A stretch of DNA of 54,711 nucleotides from a virus (Duplodnaviria; Caudoviricetes): IMG/VR virus record IMGVR_UViG_3300019742_000004, positions 1 to 54,711 of that record; one strand, written 5' to 3'. The position numbers and the translations under genes were made by a program. The notes beneath the pieces are model-generated. The model was given only the letters and a program-made list of their open reading frames with translations. It did not search any database and was not told the origin of the DNA. Within the stretch, counting starts at the first letter, position 1. Every line of letters starts with the position of its first letter. This document shows positions 48,201-54,711 of the stretch, piece after piece.

Positions 48201-48779
48201 ATAGCGGGTGAAAACTCTGAAATTAGCAAGGCGTTATTTTTATTCGAGCAAGGACTAGCAATTGCTAGTATTGTAAAAGATACACAGGTAGCTAACGCAG
48301 CAGCTACAGCCGCTTATGCTCCTCTAGGGCCATTAGGGGTCGCTCCATTAGCCGCAACAATAGCGACAAATAACGCTAATATGACAACTGGAATCATAAC
48401 AGTAGCGACTCAAACAGTAGGTGAATTAGCATTTAAAGACGGGGTAATAGGCTTTAAAGGTGAGGGGACAGAAACGAGTGATAGTAACGTGGTAAGAATA
48501 AGTAATGAGGAATCTATTATTAAAGCTAGAAGCTCTAAGCAATCAACTAAATTACTTACAGCAATTAATGACGGCATAATATCAGATAAAGATCTATCTA
48601 TGTTCTCAGACTACGAAAATTTGAAAGCATCACAAAATAACGTTATCTTTAAAACCTATAGGATGGAAAGAGAGCTAAGCGAGATAAAAGCTATTTTGAA
48701 AGGACAGCCTATAATTATTCCGTTGGGAGGGCACAAAGAGCGTTACCACAACGGCGAAACTGAAACATTTCTACAATGA
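45288..48779 (+). CDS. tail tape measure protein (TP901-like core)
   Basis: 1163 aa helical; SQREVGNY, AGAALRN, LELFGKRG, DNLEGD. Confidence 0.92.
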   Translation: MADKAITGKDIFDGDVSSLERLEKSLKEIDIVIDSLNQSAGELSKDFENLAKSSKVNSDAIKKANLLNREAEKLERERIKTLKIQEGLNREREKTIQAIATTQQKKNALAEQERKIGERLEKQNKSLNSEYKKQSATLTKLRNEAKDLALTLGQDSREFKKAAKEVQNLDKRLKSIDTELGQSQREVGNYGKAWSKATKLIGGGLAAVGITQGLGVVKDALTDAVKVTAEFGEKVSFLGAVSGASVSELKTLEKQALELGRTTQRSAGDVAQLQVELSKLGFTAKSIEDATEGILELSIATGEDLADSAAVTAGVLNAFQKDASETGEVVDIMAKAFSSSALDLQKFKVAIAPVAPVANQAGVSLERVTAELGILVDRNIDASSAGAALRNIFLDLSASGMDYDEALRQIRESSDSNAAALELFGKRGAAVASILATSQPAIEKLTTGLENSAGAAKRMSDILADNLEGDFKASASASEGLQISLGKRLEPSLRKVTKAWTNIKIATAEFLELSPEKEIEKEREEVFKLTGIIQNNNVTREEQNAALEKLQQIAPEVAKGVSLETKNYELLNDQLRVYLQNVIKRIALANLEKEREEELAEIADIRIKQGQNIIAALEATTTVNKEFVSSETDVQKKLKETIILLQEEVDRQEEAGEAGEKLVTQRGAIIDSRTDEQKALQTLINNYSAFNRLEEEANEISRESIDPLNKKINVLNDLLSVTKEPVDTDIINVEEDLANFDELVATSSEAIEEINKEVEKGQKEFLKIEGKRLAEFKRIQALLDSIRKESGELDIELVRNQFDKEERLAEVFYKLKLDEFEINQDELTAKAEESAEQLTTIERAKYTLLLQLQEEYLNKVEQNDLNRALSDLENQQALIDEKISILSSLDVYNEEAFTEQIAAEEERYALERQALAGQNEALEAAAVEHNAKMRELGIQETDAKQKELEKINELEQARIGVIRAGSQTLRTIAGENSEISKALFLFEQGLAIASIVKDTQVANAAATAAYAPLGPLGVAPLAATIATNNANMTTGIITVATQTVGELAFKDGVIGFKGEGTETSDSNVVRISNEESIIKARSSKQSTKLLTAINDGIISDKDLSMFSDYENLKASQNNVIFKTYRMERELSEIKAILKGQPIIIPLGGHKERYHNGETETFLQ

Positions 48780-51700
48780 ACAAATACAAAATATTCATCC
48801 AAGGTACTCATGAGCTAAGTGCTAACTTTAAAGATTTAATTATCAAAAAAGAGCGTACAAACGTACAAGATAGGCTTACTTTAGAGAACACAATTACAAT
48901 AGGAGGGAATGAACTTGGCGACGACTACGATTATCTTCGTAGTAGAATGGATGCAGGTAAAATAAGTTTCAAAATACAAGAATATAACGGTATTTTATAC
49001 GAAGATATCGCTTACGGGTATTTACAATTAGATGCAGATTGGGACGACACAAAGAAAATAGTAGTAACGCAGGTAGAGAGTTACAATGAGTACACAAAAT
49101 TAGACGATTCAAAAGATTACGAGTATTCGTGTGAGCAAAGAGCTATTTTAAGCCCTACTAATATAACAAATTTCGGAACTAAATTTTCTACTAAGTTTCC
49201 GTTTACGCCAGTAAAGTACGATGAAATTGAACGTGTAGAGGGCAATGCATCGGGGGCTATTGATCCAGATGGTGCATTCTGGAATAACACACCGTCGGGT
49301 TATCAAGAATTATTTAACGGCAACACTGATAAAATAAACAGAAATGAAACATGGTATGGCGCAAGATGGAATAACAATAACATCGAACCTTATGTTCATG
49401 TAAAATTCAAAACACCTCGGGCAGTAAAAGAAATAAGATTATACGCGGACAGTAAGTGGGATCTTAAGCAAGGAGTAGTAGTTCTGTATGATCCTAGCGG
49501 GTTTAATGTCGGTAGTTACGCTACGGCTCCAATCCCTGAAGACCCTACATTTGTACCGCACGAGCAAATACATACATTTACAAACGAAGTTTATAACGTA
49601 TTATCAATTGTAGTTACATACGATAACTTAGTAGCTGCTGATGACTGGTACGAACCGATAGAATATAAGATATACACAGACCACGACGAGTCTTCCGAAA
49701 CAACAGATATAGTTTACGGCACAAAAAACAACTTCATAGGAGCCAAGCCTTTCAGAATGGTGCTTGCTGATATGTTAAATGACATTGACGAGATTCTAGG
49801 TGGTACAGAATTTTTCAAATGGAATGATATCTTAAGAAATAACTTTCGGAATTTACTATTAAAACTAGAAGGCACAGAACTATTTGACGCTCTTGTAATC
49901 CCTTCTGAAGTACTGACTGGAGACGACGGAGACCCTACAACATTTACAACGGGAGATGTTATAAATATGTTAGGGGAGATATTCCACAAGTACTTAAGAA
50001 TTGAGGGTGATCTATCTTCAGGCGCTACAACAGCTTTTACAAATGGGCAAGCCGAGTTAATGAAAGTAATAGATATTGATTACTCGGTTATAGGAAAAGA
50101 TTTAACCAACTACAAAAGTCGAAATTGGTCAGAAATTCAAAGCCAGTTTACCAGTTCGGCTCTGGCAAAACCTCGAAGACTAGTTTATGACCAAACAAGT
50201 AAAAATGATTTGTTCGGTTCTGGAAGAATTGACTTCAAGCAAGCGCCAACTTTCACGGAAGATCAAGATGTAGATTTCGGGGCTTGGGAGTTCGATATCA
50301 TGGATGTGTTACTTAGGCCAGATCAGTATTCAAGTAAAATATTCTTAGCTGATTGTACAGCAACTCTAACAGGAGCGAATAAATATCAAGATTTTAGTAA
50401 TACTTCAACAGATTTACTTCTAAACGGCTCTACGTGGACAAACACCTCGCTAACTGATTTGGATTTAACAAATAATTCTAGTTCACCTATTGAAATAACA
50501 ACTAACCTAATAAGTCTAACTGCTGGTGACTCTATAAGAATAATTAGCAACACAATAAATAATATACGTGTTAGAATATGGAATACAGCGGAATTCGAAT
50601 ATTATCATTACATAAACACAGTTGATGGTGTAGCCGAATTCACGGTAGGCGTAACAGGAAATTACAGGGTTAAACTATCAATTCCTACGGGCGTATCGTT
50701 TATTAGGGATTTCGAAATTAAAACGGTCGAGTACGAGATAAACGAAGTTAGCGGCGAAGTGAATAAAAACTTCTCTATGAATAACTTACTAGTAAACAAT
50801 ATCGCTGAAATGCCTTATTCGCCGTGTGATGTTCAGTTCTTAAAGGTCAACAATAACTGGCAGACAACCGATGTACTAAACGCACCTTTGAAGCCAGATA
50901 AACGAATAGCACAACTAGAATTCCCTGTGCCTCCAGAGGTTGAAACGTTCCCTATATTAACTACAGAAACTTGGTTACGAGGACTTATAAATTTAGACAC
51001 TTCATTTAAGACAGATTTAGGCACGGTACAACCGCTTTCAATATCTCGAATAGCTAACGAAGGTAACTTTATAAACTTAGACGGTTATTTATATCAAGAC
51101 CCTTACATAGATATAAGAGACTTTAGTTATTCTGGAGATTCAAATGTTTTTACAGATCAAGACACAGACCCTACTTGCTTTAATTTTAAGAATTCATTCC
51201 TATACATCGGAGGAAATACAAACAAAAAGATCTATAAATACTACATACCTTTTAATCTAAGTAACCCGACTTACTTTAATGATTTTCTAGATGTTTCAGG
51301 AGAGGTAACAGGCACAGGTTTTCTGGCTGATTTTAAATTTAACAGAACTGGAGATTCTGTTTATGTAGTTGACAGTGCTCACAATATAATATTTCAGTAT
51401 TATTTATCGACTCCTTATCAGCTATCAACAGGTAGCTATTCAGGTAAAAGTTTTACTCTAACAACCCCTTTTATAAATAGCTTTGAGTTAAATACAAAAG
51501 GAGATAAATTCTATCACATTGAACCAGCACCTATGCCAAATCTAGGTAAGGCTCATCAATATTATTTCGGGAATGAAGATATAAGCACCGCTATTAATAC
51601 AGGAGAGATATTGAATTTTGGTGATGAATCGGAATATAGCGACGGACTTAGTTTAGATCCAGCAGGTAAAAATTTAATAACAATAGGGGTTGAAGAAAAA

Positions 51701-51874
51701 AAACTATTCCAATATAGACTACCTACTTCCGATACGTTAACTGGCGGTACTTACATGGATAGATTCTTAGACATAAGCAGCCAATGTACTACGCCTACTA
51801 AAATAATCTTAGATAACGACGAGATTTACGTGCTAGACTCTAGTAATTATACAATTTTTAGGTATAGTAGATAA
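48776..51874 (+). CDS. tail-tip/hub protein with C-terminal beta-propeller repeats
   Basis: Follows tape measure; repeated IFQYxL / F-N-x-x-G-x-K-x-Y units. Confidence 0.65.
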   Translation: MNKYKIFIQGTHELSANFKDLIIKKERTNVQDRLTLENTITIGGNELGDDYDYLRSRMDAGKISFKIQEYNGILYEDIAYGYLQLDADWDDTKKIVVTQVESYNEYTKLDDSKDYEYSCEQRAILSPTNITNFGTKFSTKFPFTPVKYDEIERVEGNASGAIDPDGAFWNNTPSGYQELFNGNTDKINRNETWYGARWNNNNIEPYVHVKFKTPRAVKEIRLYADSKWDLKQGVVVLYDPSGFNVGSYATAPIPEDPTFVPHEQIHTFTNEVYNVLSIVVTYDNLVAADDWYEPIEYKIYTDHDESSETTDIVYGTKNNFIGAKPFRMVLADMLNDIDEILGGTEFFKWNDILRNNFRNLLLKLEGTELFDALVIPSEVLTGDDGDPTTFTTGDVINMLGEIFHKYLRIEGDLSSGATTAFTNGQAELMKVIDIDYSVIGKDLTNYKSRNWSEIQSQFTSSALAKPRRLVYDQTSKNDLFGSGRIDFKQAPTFTEDQDVDFGAWEFDIMDVLLRPDQYSSKIFLADCTATLTGANKYQDFSNTSTDLLLNGSTWTNTSLTDLDLTNNSSSPIEITTNLISLTAGDSIRIISNTINNIRVRIWNTAEFEYYHYINTVDGVAEFTVGVTGNYRVKLSIPTGVSFIRDFEIKTVEYEINEVSGEVNKNFSMNNLLVNNIAEMPYSPCDVQFLKVNNNWQTTDVLNAPLKPDKRIAQLEFPVPPEVETFPILTTETWLRGLINLDTSFKTDLGTVQPLSISRIANEGNFINLDGYLYQDPYIDIRDFSYSGDSNVFTDQDTDPTCFNFKNSFLYIGGNTNKKIYKYYIPFNLSNPTYFNDFLDVSGEVTGTGFLADFKFNRTGDSVYVVDSAHNIIFQYYLSTPYQLSTGSYSGKSFTLTTPFINSFELNTKGDKFYHIEPAPMPNLGKAHQYYFGNEDISTAINTGEILNFGDESEYSDGLSLDPAGKNLITIGVEEKKLFQYRLPTSDTLTGGTYMDRFLDISSQCTTPTKIILDNDEIYVLDSSNYTIFRYSR

Positions 51875-51893
51875 TAATTGTTAAATTTACACC

Positions 51894-54065
51894 ATGAGCG
51901 GAAACGTACACATACTACTTGACGAACTACAAGACGAACAACTAGGTTCAGAATACGGAGGAAACAATACAACAAACTTGTTTACTTACCCTAAGTTTCC
52001 GAAGTTTTTTGTTAAGTTAAGTGGCACGGTTACAGAGTTTAATATACGAAAATACAGGGCAACAGGTGGTGAATATATTAAAGTTACTGAATTCATACCT
52101 ACAACTAGTACTTCTGTTCTTGGCGATTATATAGTTTTTCAAGGGCAAGAAATTTCACCTAGTTTGTCGAATGAATTAGGCTCAGGATACTTTAATTATT
52201 ATTTCAAAGTTGACGGCGTAGCTTATAAAAGTGGAATGTTTCATTTAGGAGGCTACGAAGTGGCAATACCTATAATAATGACAGTAAAAGATCCTCACGA
52301 CAACTTACAGGAAGGTGTGGTTATAAAACTAAACGATAGCATATTAGGCACAACAAATGCAAGCGGTGAAGCTTCAATATTTGCTAACGAAACAGATGAA
52401 ATAGAACTATATAAAAATGGTTTTTTCACTAAGTTGTACACTCTTACAGGTGATACATCACAGGAAGTTTCGATGAGTTACGCAATTGGCGAAACTATAC
52501 AGATAGGTACGCAGATATGGGCTAAGCGTAATTTAGATATTGACGATCTACAGGGAGGTATTGACTTCCCGAATAATGACGTAAATAACATAGAGACATA
52601 TGGTTTGTTGTATAATTTTAACTCAATTGAAAGACTAGTCCCTGTGATAGCTTCTTTCGATATACCTTCGTATAATGATTATGAAGTATTGCGTGATTTT
52701 GTAGGGAGTAATATAGAAGGTAAGGTTTTAAAAGAAGCAGGAGATAACACGTGGCTGACAGGGAATTCAGGGACAAATGACTATGGCTTCGCAGCTAGAG
52801 GAGCTGGATTAGTATATAATGGATCGTTTTTAAAATTTAAAGACACAGTATATTATGGCACAGCTAACAGGGATAGATCCAGAAATTACCAATACAATAC
52901 AGATATAGGATCGTATAGCACACCTACTTTAACTTGGTATATAAGTTATAGACTTAAAAAAGCATCAACACCCGCAACATTCAACTTCTCAATCTCAGTT
53001 AACAGCTCAGGCGCAGCCGTGCAAGGAGCAACTGTAACAGTAGAAGGGAATGAATACACGACAGATATAAACGGTCAAGTACATCTACAAGAGTACAAAA
53101 CATCTGTAGATTACAGTATTTCAAAAGTTGGATACACTACACAAGCGGGAACGATAGATACAACAATAGAATATACTAAGATTGTTACGTTACCGTCAGA
53201 AACTTACGATTGGAGACTTAAAACAACAGGCAATACGACATCATTAAACGGAATAGCAGTAAACAATAATAATATAGTAAGTATTGGAGGGTCGCAAGTA
53301 TATGTAATAAGTAGTGACGCTGGTGAAAACTGGACGCTTGGAACTATAGGCTTTGGGTTATCATATAATGATGTTTATATGATAAATGCCACAGCATTTG
53401 CATGTGGTGAAGCTGGCAATATAGCTAAATCTACTGATTCTGGCGCAAATTGGACAGATGTGTCTGGAAGTTCAGGAGTTAATAACGCTGTATATATGGA
53501 AAGCGAAAGCATTGTATATGTAGTAGGCAGTAACGGAGGGGTAGGAGTTATAAGAAAAACTACAAACGGAGGCGCAAACTGGACAGATATCTCATTAGTT
53601 ACATCAGACACAAGATTAAATAGCGTTTGTTTTAAAAATACAAACACAGGATTAACAGTAGGTGAGAGCGGTATAATTTACAAAACTACAAACGCTGGTG
53701 TTAATTGGAATTCAATAACCTCACCTACTTCAGATGAATTATTAGGAGTAGAATATGATGGAGTAAATAAATGGATAATATGCGGAAGATTAGGTGTAGT
53801 ATATACATCAATAGATGATGGTGCGAATTGGGTAGATATAAGCGAGGTAACTGCGGAAGATTTTGAAAACGTATCTAGCAAAAACACCGACAACATTTTT
53901 ATAGCTAATTCAGACGATTCAAATATAATTTACGAAAGAGTTGGTAGTGCGTGGGATAAAAAGGAGATTATAGGGGAGAGGGCGATGGATATACAAATGG
54001 TATCAAATAACTTAGGATATGCTTGCTTGCAAAGTGGAGATATTGTAAAATATAGTTTAGAATGA
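51894..54065 (+). CDS. tail/receptor-binding protein: FISUMP domain, Ig-like domains and YCF48/BNR propeller
   Basis: IQIGTQIWAKRNLD...YGLLYN...GTNDYGFAA; repeated S/T-x-D/N-x-G-x-N-W. Confidence 0.75.
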   Translation: MSGNVHILLDELQDEQLGSEYGGNNTTNLFTYPKFPKFFVKLSGTVTEFNIRKYRATGGEYIKVTEFIPTTSTSVLGDYIVFQGQEISPSLSNELGSGYFNYYFKVDGVAYKSGMFHLGGYEVAIPIIMTVKDPHDNLQEGVVIKLNDSILGTTNASGEASIFANETDEIELYKNGFFTKLYTLTGDTSQEVSMSYAIGETIQIGTQIWAKRNLDIDDLQGGIDFPNNDVNNIETYGLLYNFNSIERLVPVIASFDIPSYNDYEVLRDFVGSNIEGKVLKEAGDNTWLTGNSGTNDYGFAARGAGLVYNGSFLKFKDTVYYGTANRDRSRNYQYNTDIGSYSTPTLTWYISYRLKKASTPATFNFSISVNSSGAAVQGATVTVEGNEYTTDINGQVHLQEYKTSVDYSISKVGYTTQAGTIDTTIEYTKIVTLPSETYDWRLKTTGNTTSLNGIAVNNNNIVSIGGSQVYVISSDAGENWTLGTIGFGLSYNDVYMINATAFACGEAGNIAKSTDSGANWTDVSGSSGVNNAVYMESESIVYVVGSNGGVGVIRKTTNGGANWTDISLVTSDTRLNSVCFKNTNTGLTVGESGIIYKTTNAGVNWNSITSPTSDELLGVEYDGVNKWIICGRLGVVYTSIDDGANWVDISEVTAEDFENVSSKNTDNIFIANSDDSNIIYERVGSAWDKKEIIGERAMDIQMVSNNLGYACLQSGDIVKYSLE

Positions 54066-54711
54066 AAATAGAAAAAATAACTATATCTAAAGCCCCCGGG
54101 GTAATTCCTGACACGTTCACGGACGAAATGTTTATCGAATCTAGTCTAAGCAAGCAAGACGACAAAATAGACGTAACTAACGATGAATGGCAAGGCGATA
54201 AGAATATAATGGTATTTTATGAAAAAAATAAATGCTATGCCTTTCAAATCATTATGAATCAAGAGCAGTTTGAGAGTTTTCAGCACTTGAGATACGGCTC
54301 AAATATTGATATTTTAACAGATAGAAATCAAACGCATAAAGCGTTTGTAACTAGTTTTAAATCACAGGATACAGAGAATACTTTTTTTAAATTCGTAGAG
54401 GTTGAGTATATCGATCTTAGTACAACTACGTATATTAATTATTTCGATTATGTTAACCACCCTACACAGCTAAATACAATACATACCGAGTTAGAACTAC
54501 AAAACTTTGAAACAGACGGAACTACCCCAAAACCTATAGATGCAAATTGGGGTACATTTGGTAATTCATACAAAGTACAGAGCAATCTATCACCTGATTT
54601 GAAAGGTAATATATCTCAAGCTACAACGAATAACAGGACAGGTGTTGAGGTAGTAGATTTTACAACAATAGGAGATCTTTTAAACCTTAGATTCTATTTA
54701 AACAAGGAACA
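54062..54711 (+). CDS. tail-region protein, truncated at window end
   Basis: ATGA-coupled start, frame appears open to the edge. Confidence 0.6.
   Translation, partial: MKIEKITISKAPGVIPDTFTDEMFIESSLSKQDDKIDVTNDEWQGDKNIMVFYEKNKCYAFQIIMNQEQFESFQHLRYGSNIDILTDRNQTHKAFVTSFKSQDTENTFFKFVEVEYIDLSTTTYINYFDYVNHPTQLNTIHTELELQNFETDGTTPKPIDANWGTFGNSYKVQSNLSPDLKGNISQATTNNRTGVEVVDFTTIGDLLNLRFYLNKE

Noticed and set aside
51894-54065. Diversity-generating retroelement
   Set aside because: No reverse transcriptase ORF and no template/variable repeat pair detected by eye.
1462-54165. Most minus-strand ORFs in the track (e.g. 3238-3624, 19882-20226, 23819-24154, 46493-46897)
   Set aside because: They are antisense shadows of well-supported + strand genes; only 37086-37328 and 37352-37612 were kept.
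1-54711. tRNA or rRNA genes
   Set aside because: No cloverleaf or rRNA-like segment recognised by eye; tRNAscan-SE would be needed to exclude them.

Overview
AT-rich, almost entirely + strand coding DNA that reads as a near-complete tailed-phage genome, probably a long-tailed siphovirus of a Bacteroidota host (TAnnTTTG promoter boxes, few Shine-Dalgarno sites, FISUMP and DUF6291-like proteins). Modules: membrane/holin-like genes (168-1239); recombination and replication (YqaJ exonuclease, SSB, KilA-N, NinB-like, VRR-NUC, initiator, DnaB); two DNA methyltransferases; terminases (29765-31521); HK97-type portal, protease and capsid (37888-41701); tail, tape measure and tail-tip genes (43303 to end). 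The main observation is an integron-like gene-cassette system in the phage. Six tandem units (1643-4888), nearly all with one gene, have the form AAC-arm...arm'-GTTxxxx...xxxx'AAC and end at a 50-bp attI-like site directly upstream of a tyrosine recombinase (4941-5756) that appears to lack the IntI-specific insertion. Two integrase-free satellite arrays (11840-12226; 23223-24574, carrying an acyl carrier protein) use the same grammar and end in the same site. The hairpin sits at the 5' end of each gene and sometimes encloses it. The repeats were read by eye from the sequence; recombination activity, novelty and all protein family calls are inferences made without database searches.
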